Below are positions 20,222 through 30,271 of a DNA stretch of 64,000 bases, piece after piece. Under the pieces are notes generated by a model. It was not told the origin of the DNA. It saw only the letters and a program-made list of their open reading frames with translations, and made no database searches. The position numbers were made by a program, and so were the translations under genes. The DNA comes from an uncultured bacterium. Lineage in GTDB: Bacteria > Patescibacteriota > Patescibacteriia > UBA9570 > XYC2-FULL-38-9. Position 1 is the stretch's first letter. Each line of letters starts with the position of its first letter. Where the stretch lies: assembly GCA_937996685.1 (NCBI GenBank), contig CALKUP010000006.1, positions 1-64,000 of the forward strand, read 5' to 3'.

Positions 20222-21835
20222 ATGGATTTTTTCACACCCTCTCAATCAACGCTTTTTTTGTTAGAGATTATTTTATGGACAACAGGCATTACAGCCGGCA
20301 TCGGTAAGGTGTTATTTTGGACAGGAATCATTCGAATACACCACTACCGAATGAGTCGTTTTATTGATTTTCTCGGAACGAAACAAGGGATTGCACTACT
20401 TGCCCACCCTGTTGGAATTTCTGATGCAATACTCGCGCTCTGCCTGGTATTGCTTTTGCAATTTTACGACACAACACATCTTTTGTGGAATCAATTTTTA
20501 TTCGCTTCTATTCTCCTCTATCTATCACACATTGCGTGGTACGTGCATGCGGTAAAGCCACAACATCGTTTCAGATTTCAGTCATTTGTTATCGGGGCTA
20601 CTGCTATCGTACTTTCCTTGCTGGGCGCAACGCTTCTCTATACATACTTCCCATTACCGTCCGTGATTGATGTTGCTGTGTTTCAAGTAGCGATCCCGAT
20701 ATTTGGAGTCGCGACAACAGCCCTTATTTCTTGGATTACCGGTGTCTCAGAGCGACTGGTGAGCGCAAAAGCACGGGCGCGCATTGAGAGCATGCAACCG
20801 ATTATTATTGCAATGAGTGGGACACACGGACGAAGCACAACTCGCACAGCTCTTGAGCACATACTTGCTTCTTCATACAATGTATTGTCGATACCTGCTC
20901 ATGCAGACGAATCACTTGCTGAAACGATATTCAACCAATTGTCTGAAGAACACCAAATCGTACTCTATGAAATTGACCCAACATCACCAGAAGATGTTGT
21001 GATGAGCCTCGCAGTTGCGCCACCTATTGTACTCGTGATTCCAGCAATTGAAGAGTCGTATATCCACGTACCGTTTATTGACCAAACACAGTTTTCAAAA
21101 AGCTACGTACAGATGATTGAGGCTTTGCCAAATAACGGGCTTGTCGTACTGAATGCTGATGATGCAAAAACAGCAATCCTTGCGGAACATAGTGCCGCAC
21201 GTGTAAAGTATTTTTCACTTCAGTCAGTTGCGCACGCCTATCTCCGAAGTGTTTCGCTGCAATCGGAATTCATTGATTGTGAAATTTCTGTTGGGTCACA
21301 AAAAAGAACCCTACATATTCCTGCAATTGGCACTGAACCAATCGCCGCGCTGCTTGCTAGTAGCATTGTCGCTGAACATCTTGGCATCGCCATAGAAGCG
21401 GTTGCGCATGCGGTCGAAGGATCAAGCGCACCACACGGCACGACGACTGTGTCATACGGCGTCAATCACGCATTCATTATGAACGCAACAGCTCTTTCTA
21501 GTTATTCAGAAATTCGATCAGCATTCGATTATGCAAGCATTCACACAACAAAAGAAAAGGTGCTTCTTATCGACACACGCCAGCAAGCACTTTGGCGCCT
21601 AACACTCCCCTTTTGTGTTGATATTATTAACCAATACATGTTTATTGGATCCGAAGGAAAAACTGTTCGTGATATCTGTATAAAAGAATATAACATTCAA
21701 CCAGAACGCATGCACCTTCTTTCAAATAGCCGTAAGGCAGCTGACGCATTACGAACATCCATGACCCCACAGCACCTCGTTATTGCACTTGGTCCCCTGC
21801 CTTCAAGAGTTCAAGAAGTGCTGCAAACACCGTAA
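20222..21835 (+). CDS. Membrane-anchored MurF-like Mur ligase homologue, degenerate
   Basis: About five N-terminal TMs, then IIAMSGTHGRSTT (P-loop variant) and VVLNADD. Confidence 0.65.
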   Translation: MDFFTPSQSTLFLLEIILWTTGITAGIGKVLFWTGIIRIHHYRMSRFIDFLGTKQGIALLAHPVGISDAILALCLVLLLQFYDTTHLLWNQFLFASILLYLSHIAWYVHAVKPQHRFRFQSFVIGATAIVLSLLGATLLYTYFPLPSVIDVAVFQVAIPIFGVATTALISWITGVSERLVSAKARARIESMQPIIIAMSGTHGRSTTRTALEHILASSYNVLSIPAHADESLAETIFNQLSEEHQIVLYEIDPTSPEDVVMSLAVAPPIVLVIPAIEESYIHVPFIDQTQFSKSYVQMIEALPNNGLVVLNADDAKTAILAEHSAARVKYFSLQSVAHAYLRSVSLQSEFIDCEISVGSQKRTLHIPAIGTEPIAALLASSIVAEHLGIAIEAVAHAVEGSSAPHGTTTVSYGVNHAFIMNATALSSYSEIRSAFDYASIHTTKEKVLLIDTRQQALWRLTLPFCVDIINQYMFIGSEGKTVRDICIKEYNIQPERMHLLSNSRKAADALRTSMTPQHLVIALGPLPSRVQEVLQTP

Positions 21836-21846
21836 GTAGACGTCTG

Positions 21847-23115
21847 TTATGCGCTAATAACCGTCATGCCAAATGTATACGGATGCAACGCGCTTGGGAT
21901 GCGGATAGAACCATCTGCTTGCTGACCATTTTCAAGAATTGCGATTGGCAAACGCGATAACGCAACAGCTGTGCCATTCAGTGTGTGCGTTAACTCTTTT
22001 GTTCCGTTCGCTGTTTTATAAAACATATTCAAACGACGGGACTGGTAATCTGTACAATTTGATGCAGATGTCACTTCACCAAAATCATTTTTAAATGGCA
22101 TCCAAGCCTCGATGTCATACTTTCGATACGCACTCGCACCGAGATCCGCATCACAAATATCAACGAGACGATACGGCAATTCCAGTGACTGCATAATGTC
22201 TTCTTCGAGCGCACGAATGGCTTCATGCTCTGCTGCAGAATCTTCTGGTTTACAGACAACAAATAATTCTACTTTTGCGAATTGATGCACGCGATACAGC
22301 CCTCGAGACTCCTTCCCGTACGCTCCATCTTCTGTTCGAAAACAATGTGACAATGCAACAATACGCTGCGGTGTATCAAGCTCTCCCGCTTCAAACACAC
22401 GTTTTTTAAAGTACCCCGCAACAGGAATTTCCGCAGTTGCCACCAGCCCAAGATCAGTGCCTTCAAGGCTGTAAATTTGCGTTTCATTACCACGCGGGTT
22501 ATAACCAGTGCCTTGCAAGATTTCATGTTTTGCAACATCCGGTGTGATCATTGGAGTAAAGCCGGCGGCAATTGCTTTTTGCATTGCGAATTGAATCAAG
22601 GCTGTTTCTAAAATAGCCAATCCACCTTTTTTATAATAAAACCCTCGTCCAGCAACTTCAGCCCCTCGTTCAAAGTCGAGAATATCTAAATCAGCCCCAA
22701 GAACAACATGATCTTTTGGTTCAAAATCAAATGTTGTCGGTTCTAAAAACCGTGACAATTCAACACTATCTGCCTCTTCCATTCCATGTGGAACATCCGG
22801 GTGCGTCATATTTGGCACCTGCAAATAGAGTTCCTGGAACGCACTATGCGCCGCTTCAGCTGCTGACTCTAACTGCGCAAGCTCTTCTTTTAATTGCTTC
22901 CCTTCTTCAACCAGTGACTGATCAGCCCCTTTTGACGCTTTTAATTGCTCTGCAATGCTGTTGCGACGACGACGCAAATCATCGACCGCTCCAATTGCTG
23001 CTCGGCGCTGATCATCAAGTTCGAGCAATTCAGTGATACGAATGTCCATGCGACGACGTTCGCAGTTTTTCTGCACTTCTTTAGGGTGTTGGCGAATATA
23101 TTCAATATCAATCAT
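21847..23115 (-). CDS. serS: Serine--tRNA ligase
   Basis: MIDIEYIR, TAEIP, CFRTE, GLYRVHQFAKVE, SNCTDYQSRR, HTLNGT. Confidence 0.97.
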   Translation of the reverse strand: MIDIEYIRQHPKEVQKNCERRRMDIRITELLELDDQRRAAIGAVDDLRRRRNSIAEQLKASKGADQSLVEEGKQLKEELAQLESAAEAAHSAFQELYLQVPNMTHPDVPHGMEEADSVELSRFLEPTTFDFEPKDHVVLGADLDILDFERGAEVAGRGFYYKKGGLAILETALIQFAMQKAIAAGFTPMITPDVAKHEILQGTGYNPRGNETQIYSLEGTDLGLVATAEIPVAGYFKKRVFEAGELDTPQRIVALSHCFRTEDGAYGKESRGLYRVHQFAKVELFVVCKPEDSAAEHEAIRALEEDIMQSLELPYRLVDICDADLGASAYRKYDIEAWMPFKNDFGEVTSASNCTDYQSRRLNMFYKTANGTKELTHTLNGTAVALSRLPIAILENGQQADGSIRIPSALHPYTFGMTVISA

Positions 23116-23133
23116 AAATACTCTATTTGAAAA

Positions 23134-25233
23134 TTAAAGCTGTTGCATCGCACGAATTGTTAACTCCAATACATCATCAACAGATGTTTCCGGAAGCCAT
23201 TCTGGAATTTTTTGAATCCACTCACGATCAACTCCGCGGGCAAATGATTTGTCTTTCAATTTTTTCTTGACGCTTTTCAGCTCAAGTTGCGCAATGTCTT
23301 TATCTGGACGAACTGCAACACAGGCTGCAATAAGGCCTGTGACCTGCTCACACGAACGCAGTGCTTTTGCAAGCAGTGTGTGAGGGTCCCCACTGTTATT
23401 ATGCGGATTATGCAATTCAACAGCTCGGACAATCACAGGGTCAATACCCTTCGCCGTTAACCACTGTGCACCAAGAATGGCATGCTCTGTGTGAATAGAG
23501 TCAGGGTGGCAACTTTCATAATCAATATCATGTAACACACCTGCGACATACCACGCTTCTGGATTCTTCGCGCCAAACCGCTCTGCAAGCGCTGCCATTT
23601 GCTCTCCAACGGCACGATTATGATAACGAAGCGCGTCACTTTGAATTTTTTCTTCCATCCACGCATCAGCTTCTGCGCGTGTAATTCCTGGGTCGCACTC
23701 TTCAAGACTTGCATCACCTGCAACTTCTTCAGCAGAAATCGTGACTTCTTCTGTTGTCGCTGGCTCTGCGGTGCCATGTTTTGGCCGATACAGTGGAAAC
23801 AATACAGCATCACGAATGGACATGTCCATTAAAAATGAAAACAACCGTTCAGAAAAACCGAAGCCGAATGTCGGTGGCATTCCGTGCTCTAGTGCTTCAA
23901 CAAATTCCTCATCGTTCATCTGCGCCTCTCCATCACCTTGCGCCCGTAATTCCGCTTGATGCTCGAAACGCTCACGTTGATCAATTGGATCATTTAACTC
24001 TGAATAGCCATTTCCAACTTCACTGCCGGCAATAATCACCTGGAAACGCTCAACAACTTCTGGGTTATCTGAGTGTCGTTTTGCAAGCGGTGAAACAGAA
24101 ACAGGATGATTAATCAGCAATGCTGGGCCGGCAATTTTTTTACGACACTGTTTCCACAGAGAGTCGATTAAGCGTCCTTTTCCTGATCCAGCTTCAACCA
24201 GGATATCATGCCGCGCACAAACAGCTCGCAATTCTTCCTCTGTCGCTGTTAATACATTCACGCCAAATTGTTGTTCAACGGCCGTTGCGTAATCAATAAT
24301 TTCCCATTCTTTTTCAAAGTCAATATCAAAACCACGAATATGACATTGCAATGTACCGAGGGTCTCTTTAATAATATGTCGATACATACGTTTCACAAAG
24401 TCCATGCCTTTTGTGTAATCTGCGTATGCCCAATAACACTCCATTTGAGAGTAGTCTTGCAGATGTTCCGGACTCATGCCTTCATTACGAAATTGTCGTC
24501 CGATTTCAAATGTTTTTTCAAAACCTGCAACCATTAATCGCTTTTGCCATAACTCACCCATGGAGATACGCAGATACACATCAATATCAAGAGCATTGTG
24601 ATGTGTCATAAATGGTGTCGCGTCTGCTCCGCCAGTGGTATTTTCTAATACCGGAGTTTCTACTTCCAAAAATCCATCATTCAATAAAAATTGACGCGTC
24701 GCATTCCAAAATCGCGCTTTCGCAATAAAGACATCACGCAACTCTGGTCGCAGTAACAAATCAATATATCGCTTGCGAAGCTTTGTTTCATCGTCTTGAA
24801 TTCCATGCCATTTGTCTGGCAGTGGTTGCAGTGCTTTTGTTAATATCCGTAATTCAGACACAAGCAATGACTGCTCCCCTTTTTTCGTAATAAATGCAAC
24901 GCCTGTACATTCAATAATATCACCTGCGCCAATCGTATGTGTCGCCCAATCAAATAGCACCTCACCTGTCTGTTCGCTACTTACAACAATTTGGACATCA
25001 CCACTTGCGTCACGTAATCGTAAAAAAATCAACTTTCCGTGTTCTCGTTTGAGCAAAACGCGGCCAGCCAAGATACGAGCTTCTTGTGAGTCATGGAGCT
25101 CCTTAAAGCGATTAAAAAAATCACCGACAATAGTATTGCGATTGCTATCCGCTGGGTATGGATTTACACCATTTGCGCGCAAATTATTTGCGACTTCTAA
25201 TCGTACGTCAAATTCTGTTTTGTGTTCACTCAT
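23134..25233 (-). CDS. lysS: Lysine--tRNA ligase (class II) fused to a C-terminal HD-domain hydrolase
   Basis: OB fold, EVETP, FRNEG, GNGYSELNDP, GMPPTFG; then linker and LHDIDYE...H...VRPDK...KSVKKKLKDKSFA. Confidence 0.93.
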   Translation of the reverse strand: MSEHKTEFDVRLEVANNLRANGVNPYPADSNRNTIVGDFFNRFKELHDSQEARILAGRVLLKREHGKLIFLRLRDASGDVQIVVSSEQTGEVLFDWATHTIGAGDIIECTGVAFITKKGEQSLLVSELRILTKALQPLPDKWHGIQDDETKLRKRYIDLLLRPELRDVFIAKARFWNATRQFLLNDGFLEVETPVLENTTGGADATPFMTHHNALDIDVYLRISMGELWQKRLMVAGFEKTFEIGRQFRNEGMSPEHLQDYSQMECYWAYADYTKGMDFVKRMYRHIIKETLGTLQCHIRGFDIDFEKEWEIIDYATAVEQQFGVNVLTATEEELRAVCARHDILVEAGSGKGRLIDSLWKQCRKKIAGPALLINHPVSVSPLAKRHSDNPEVVERFQVIIAGSEVGNGYSELNDPIDQRERFEHQAELRAQGDGEAQMNDEEFVEALEHGMPPTFGFGFSERLFSFLMDMSIRDAVLFPLYRPKHGTAEPATTEEVTISAEEVAGDASLEECDPGITRAEADAWMEEKIQSDALRYHNRAVGEQMAALAERFGAKNPEAWYVAGVLHDIDYESCHPDSIHTEHAILGAQWLTAKGIDPVIVRAVELHNPHNNSGDPHTLLAKALRSCEQVTGLIAACVAVRPDKDIAQLELKSVKKKLKDKSFARGVDREWIQKIPEWLPETSVDDVLELTIRAMQQL

Positions 25234-25241
25234 ACGTGTGT

Positions 25242-25275
25242 AAAAAAAATATACTGCGCTCTTCACGCAGTATAT
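25242..25275 (-). terminator. Intrinsic terminator after greA
   Basis: Minus strand ATATACTGCG-tgaagag-CGCAGTATAT followed by a T-run. Confidence 0.75.
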
Positions 25276-25297
25276 CAGACAAAATGTCTTAATTCAA
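25269..25297 (-). promoter_or_regulatory. lysS promoter embedded in the greA terminator
   Basis: TTGAAT-17 nt-TATACT with extended TG. Confidence 0.5.
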
Positions 25298-25302
25298 GCG
25301 CT

Positions 25303-25770
25303 TTACGCAACTGTTTTAATTGTGTAGGTCATCTCGCCGCCAGGTGTTTTTACCAATGAGGTATCACCAACATTCTTTCCAATCAATGCATCACCAAGTG
25401 GGGATTCATTTGAAATGCGTTGTTCACTTGGGTTTGCTTCAGATGATCCAACAATTGTCACCGTGAATTCACCAGTTTCTTTTGAAGAAATAGTCACTGT
25501 TGAGCCGATTTGAACTGTTGAGTTATTTTTCTTATGGTGAATAACTTCTGTGTTTTTTAAAATTTGCTCCAATTCAGCGATACGAGATTCAGCAAAACCT
25601 TGCTCATCCTTGGCTTCATGGTACTCAGCATTTTCTGACAAGTCGCCTAATTCTTTTGCTTCCGCAATACGGTTTGCGATTTCACGTCGTTTATTGACCT
25701 TCAAATCTTCTAATTCTTCTTGAATTTTTTCAAGTCCTTCAGGGGTAACGTAGTTCTTTTTTTCTTCCAT
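25303..25770 (-). CDS. greA: Transcription elongation factor GreA
   Basis: GDLSENAEY, ISNESPLG. Confidence 0.97.
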   Translation of the reverse strand: MEEKKNYVTPEGLEKIQEELEDLKVNKRREIANRIAEAKELGDLSENAEYHEAKDEQGFAESRIAELEQILKNTEVIHHKKNNSTVQIGSTVTISSKETGEFTVTIVGSSEANPSEQRISNESPLGDALIGKNVGDTSLVKTPGGEMTYTIKTVA

Positions 25771-25811
25771 AAAATTTCATTAATATCACAATTTTCTTTG
25801 TGTATTCAAAG

Positions 25812-25840
25812 AGTATACGCGAATCAGAAAGGACTGTCAA
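25812..25840 (-). promoter_or_regulatory. sigma70 promoter of greA
   Basis: TTGACA-17 nt-TATACT. Confidence 0.7.
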
Positions 25841-25848
25841 TGCATCAA

Positions 25849-27813
25849 TCATTGACTAATATTGGCAAAATTGCTTGGATTTTTAAAGTATTCCGCCAAC
25901 ACTTCCCGTGCAATTGGAACCGCTGTATCGTTTGACCCAGCTCCTTCTTCGACCATGACAGTAATCGCAATCGTCGGCTTGTCATATGGTGCAAAGGCTG
26001 TAAACCAGGCATGCGTTTTATCTTTTTTTCCAAATTGCGCTGTTCCGGTTTTGCCGGCTGATGGCACTGGAACTGCTGTATTTAATGAGCGCGCTGAACC
26101 AGCCGTCACAGTTTGACGCATACCCTCGCGCACAACTGCAATACTCTCAGGACTGACCACTTGCTGGTTTTTCACAATCGGCGTTGTCACAGTTTCAGCA
26201 TTTGTTTGTGAGTCAACTGTTGCATGCACCAAGTGTGGCTGGTAATACGTTCCGCCATTTGCGATAATACTCGTGTACACCGCAACTTGCAGAGGGGTTA
26301 CTAAAATATCACCTTGTCCAATTGCCAGATGGTATGTGTCACCGATATACCATGGCTCATTTTTCTTCTCCTCTTTCCAGCTTTTTGACGGCAAGAAACC
26401 ATCCGCTTCTCCAGACAGGTCAATTCCTGTTTGAGCCGCAAGACCAAAGCGCCTTGCATACGACACGATTCGTTCAACACCAAGACCTGCACTCGTTTGG
26501 TTATCACCGCCGCCGGCAAGGTAAAAAAATGTATTCACCGATTCTGCAAGCGCTTTGCGCACATTTGTTGCTCCGTGTCCCCCGGCTTTCCAGTCAGGGA
26601 AAAAATATTTATCAATTTTTAAACCACCTGTACTTGAAACTGTTGTGTCAGGTGTTATCACTTTTTCCTCAAGAGCCGCTGCCGCAACAACCATTTTAAA
26701 TGTTGAACCAGAAGGATATTCCCCTGACACCGGTCGATTAAACAACGGCTTCTTCTCGTCTTTTAATAATGCTGTATACGCATCTTGATTAATGCCGCCA
26801 GAAAATGCATTGTTATCAAATGATGGGTATGAGACTAACGCTAAAACCTCCCCATTTTGTGGGTTGATTGCCACCGCACTTGCACCAGGAATTCCCCTAC
26901 TATCAACAACGTGCTGCAGCTTTTCATAAATCAATTTTTGCAAATTTCCATCAATTGAGAGCACAACATTTTTCCCTGAAACCGGCGCTTGCTCATTCAG
27001 GACCCGTTGTGCGCGACCGCGTCGATTCACTTCAACACGACGAACACCGTCAACGCCACGCAAATCAGCTTCATGTGTCTTTTCAATGCCAGACTTACCA
27101 AGCTCGTCATTTAAGCGATACCCACTACTACGCTTTGCCGCATATTCTTCGGCATTCATTTTTGAAATGTAGCCTAAAATATGCGAGTACCACACACCTG
27201 CAGGATATTCTCGATGAAAACTCGCTTCAACTCGCAATCCTGGAACATCTTTCGCAACAATAATCAGCTTCATTGCATCATCATACGACAACCCATCCTT
27301 CAGTAAGGCTGCTTGAGCTGTTGTGTTTGATTCTTTCGCAACCGATGCTACTTCTTCCGTTGATTTCCCAGTGAGACCTGCAATACGCGCAAGAACAGCA
27401 TCGTGTTGATCGTCTCGAGGAATTTCTTTTTCTGTCAAAGTCACGATAAATTGTGGATTGTTCTTTGCGAGCACTTGCCCTGCCCGATCAAAAACAATAC
27501 CACGAGGTGCTTTTTGTACGATTTCTTGCACGCGGTTCCCTTCAGCGAGATCTCTGTAATTATTTTCTGCGATGAGCTGTAGCCAAAATGCACGTCCAAT
27601 TAATGTGCTCAGCACCAAAAGCGCAACCACGAGCACCGTTGTTAATGACGCACGATCCTTTGGTTGCAATAATGTTTGCCCAGGATTTGCACCGCGCACC
27701 TCTTCAGAGGAAACCGAAAACTCATCAATGGCATCAAATTTTTTGCCTCGCGCTACTCGACGAAATAAACGTCGTTGTTTTTTGTTGTATAACTCAAATG
27801 GATTATCTGCCAT
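25849..27813 (-). CDS. mrdA: Penicillin-binding protein 2 (class B transpeptidase)
   Basis: PRGIVFDR, STFK, SVN and KTG motifs; follows mreBCD. Start may be 27828. Confidence 0.94.
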   Translation of the reverse strand: MADNPFELYNKKQRRLFRRVARGKKFDAIDEFSVSSEEVRGANPGQTLLQPKDRASLTTVLVVALLVLSTLIGRAFWLQLIAENNYRDLAEGNRVQEIVQKAPRGIVFDRAGQVLAKNNPQFIVTLTEKEIPRDDQHDAVLARIAGLTGKSTEEVASVAKESNTTAQAALLKDGLSYDDAMKLIIVAKDVPGLRVEASFHREYPAGVWYSHILGYISKMNAEEYAAKRSSGYRLNDELGKSGIEKTHEADLRGVDGVRRVEVNRRGRAQRVLNEQAPVSGKNVVLSIDGNLQKLIYEKLQHVVDSRGIPGASAVAINPQNGEVLALVSYPSFDNNAFSGGINQDAYTALLKDEKKPLFNRPVSGEYPSGSTFKMVVAAAALEEKVITPDTTVSSTGGLKIDKYFFPDWKAGGHGATNVRKALAESVNTFFYLAGGGDNQTSAGLGVERIVSYARRFGLAAQTGIDLSGEADGFLPSKSWKEEKKNEPWYIGDTYHLAIGQGDILVTPLQVAVYTSIIANGGTYYQPHLVHATVDSQTNAETVTTPIVKNQQVVSPESIAVVREGMRQTVTAGSARSLNTAVPVPSAGKTGTAQFGKKDKTHAWFTAFAPYDKPTIAITVMVEEGAGSNDTAVPIAREVLAEYFKNPSNFANISQ

Positions 27814-28333
27814 ACGCGTCATAGACATTCACCCTGCGACTTAAAAAGAAAATGACAGGTGTTAATACCAAAAACACCAAACCATTCACAACGCTGTTTG
27901 CGAGCAAGGCATGCATATCATCAACTGATAGCAGTGCCCGCCCTGGGAACAAGACAATATGAGAAATAAGCATCTGAGAGAGTAACATCGTGCCTCCTGC
28001 GGCAAATACATTGATCCCAAATGCCAATCCAGCGCGTGTCTTAAATAAAAATTCACTGAAAAATAAAAAGACCAAAACACCAAGGCCATACGACACCGCA
28101 AGCGGCACCGGTGACAGATCGTTCATGTACGTTAAAAAAGACACTCCTACCGCGTAATACCACAATGCTGGCTTCCATTCCTTTAAGAAAAATAATGTCA
28201 GGATTGTCATAAATAGTAGATGAATCCTAATCGCTTGCCCAAACAAAAACCAAGCACTCAAAGAAGTTGCACAAAGTAGTAATAATAAAAAACCGATTGT
28301 ATACCCGAAGATAAAGAATAATTTTTTAGGCAT
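27803..28333 (-). CDS. mreD: MreD-like multi-TM protein
   Basis: Highly hydrophobic 176 aa between mreC and mrdA; called on synteny. Confidence 0.65.
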   Translation of the reverse strand: MPKKLFFIFGYTIGFLLLLLCATSLSAWFLFGQAIRIHLLFMTILTLFFLKEWKPALWYYAVGVSFLTYMNDLSPVPLAVSYGLGVLVFLFFSEFLFKTRAGLAFGINVFAAGGTMLLSQMLISHIVLFPGRALLSVDDMHALLANSVVNGLVFLVLTPVIFFLSRRVNVYDAYGR

Positions 28334-28336
28334 ATC

Positions 28337-29152
28337 TTATTGCAATACAATAGTTACAAGCGAGGCTTTCTCACCATCAGCCAAAGGGCGCACGGCAGCT
28401 CTTTGGAATAACGCTGTTTTCGCCCCCTCAACTGCTTCAATCGTCCCAATTGGCAACCCCGCTGGAATCAGTGCATCTTGCCCAGATGTTGCAACAATTT
28501 CACCAACTTGCACAACGTCAAACTGCGGGATGTAATCTAAAAATAACGCCACATTAAAATCACCAGATACGATTCCTGGGCTTCGTTTTTCATTTTGAAT
28601 CACTGCACTGACTTTCGATTCAGGGCCTGTAATTAAACGAATAAAACTTGAATCACCGTCAACTTGAGAAATCACACCAAGCAACGCCCCGTTATCGGCA
28701 ATCACCGGCTCGCCAACCGTGACGCCATGCTTCGCTCCTCGATTCACTGTTATCGTTGATAAACCATCAGACAGCGACCGGCCTGTCACCTGTGCTGGAA
28801 TACCTTGCATGTTTCTTTCTGTTAAAAAACTTAACTGCGCGGACGCTTGTTGTGTTTCTTGTAACAGCGCTCTTGATTCAGCCAGCGCTACTGTTGTTGT
28901 ATTGTATTGATCTGAAAGTGTACGATATTTTGCCAATAAATCTTCCTTCGAAAGATTTTCAACAGCCGCGTCTGTTGTTGAGCTGCGATGCGTCAATCGA
29001 TATAAACGAGACTGAACAGGAGAAAGCACATTGGAGACAACTCCCGTGACAGCATCTGTAAGATGCAATAACTGTAAAATAATAATCAACAACGCAATGC
29101 TGCCAATAAAAAAAAGTGAGGTGGAAAATGATGGCAAGCGTTTGCGTACCAT
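28337..29152 (-). CDS. mreC: Rod shape-determining protein MreC
   Basis: TM + coiled coil, VNRGAKHGV, TSGQDALIPAGLPIG. Confidence 0.92.
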   Translation of the reverse strand: MVRKRLPSFSTSLFFIGSIALLIIILQLLHLTDAVTGVVSNVLSPVQSRLYRLTHRSSTTDAAVENLSKEDLLAKYRTLSDQYNTTTVALAESRALLQETQQASAQLSFLTERNMQGIPAQVTGRSLSDGLSTITVNRGAKHGVTVGEPVIADNGALLGVISQVDGDSSFIRLITGPESKVSAVIQNEKRSPGIVSGDFNVALFLDYIPQFDVVQVGEIVATSGQDALIPAGLPIGTIEAVEGAKTALFQRAAVRPLADGEKASLVTIVLQ

Positions 29153-29158
29153 AGTGGT

Positions 29159-30205
29159 TTAATCAAATTCAGATGGTGAGGCAACAAAAAAGTCTTTTGC
29201 TGCATCAATATCTTCAAGAATAATACCTGTACCACGAACAACTGCTGTTAGCGGATCCTCAACGAGATGAACTGGGATTTGAATGTCATTTGCAATCCGT
29301 TTATCAAGGCCGCGCAATAAAGCAGTCCCTCCTGATAATAAAATACCGCGGCTATAAATATCAGCAACTAGCTCAGGCGGTGTGCTCTCTAAGACCATTT
29401 TAATGTTGTCGATAATTAAATGGATTGAACGAGAAATCGCCTCACGGATATGGTTACTGTTAATAGTAATTTCTTTTGGCAGCCCTGAAATAACATCTCG
29501 ACCACGGACTGTCATTTCTAGTAAGTCATCATTTTTATACGCTGAGCCAATTTGAATCTTTGCCTCTTCTGCTGTTGCCTCTCCTAATAAAATATTAAAA
29601 TGGTCACGAACATAGTTCACGATATTTTTATTCAACTCTCCTCCAGCTAGTCGCATTGCACGCCACGACACAATACCGCCGAGAGAAATAACCGCAATCG
29701 ATGTTGTGCCTGAACCACAGTCAACGATTAATTGACCAGCCGAATCTTCAATTGGCAAGCGACTGCCGATTGCTGCAGCCATCGGCTCTGGGATAAGAAA
29801 CACCTGACGCGCTCCTGCGTGCAACACAGCATCTTCAACCGCCTTCCGTTCTACTTCTGTAATATCAAGCGGGATCGCAATCACAACGCGTGGTTTCGCA
29901 ACAATTGATAATGTCTCACGATGTACCGTATCAATGAAATACTTCAACATTTTTTCAGCGATTTCAAAATCTGAGATCACACCATCAACCAACGGATTTG
30001 TCGCGATAATGTGTGGCGGTGTTTTTCCAATCATCTGTTTTGCGGAATGACCAACAGCAATAATCGCGTCTGTTTTCATGTTTACAGCAACAACAGATGG
30101 CTCATTAATCACAATACCCTTCTCTTTTAAAAATAACAGCGTATTGGATGTGCCAATATCAATGCCGATATCACGGGTAAATTGACCAAAAAATCGTTCA
30201 AACAT
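29159..30205 (-). CDS. mreB: Rod shape-determining protein MreB
   Basis: IGIDIGTSNT, NEPSVVA, PEPMAAAIG, LSGGTALL; heads mreBCD. Confidence 0.95.
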   Translation of the reverse strand: MFERFFGQFTRDIGIDIGTSNTLLFLKEKGIVINEPSVVAVNMKTDAIIAVGHSAKQMIGKTPPHIIATNPLVDGVISDFEIAEKMLKYFIDTVHRETLSIVAKPRVVIAIPLDITEVERKAVEDAVLHAGARQVFLIPEPMAAAIGSRLPIEDSAGQLIVDCGSGTTSIAVISLGGIVSWRAMRLAGGELNKNIVNYVRDHFNILLGEATAEEAKIQIGSAYKNDDLLEMTVRGRDVISGLPKEITINSNHIREAISRSIHLIIDNIKMVLESTPPELVADIYSRGILLSGGTALLRGLDKRIANDIQIPVHLVEDPLTAVVRGTGIILEDIDAAKDFFVASPSEFD

Positions 30206-30214
30206 AGTCAACGT

Positions 30215-30243
30215 ACTATAGCCCATTATAGGCCCCTGGTCAA
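30215..30243 (-). promoter_or_regulatory. sigma70 promoter of mreBCD-mrdA
   Basis: TTGACC-17 nt-TATAGT; ATG 9 nt downstream. Confidence 0.55.
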
Positions 30244-30271
30244 ACAGGTACCTGAACACATTTTGTGTTCA

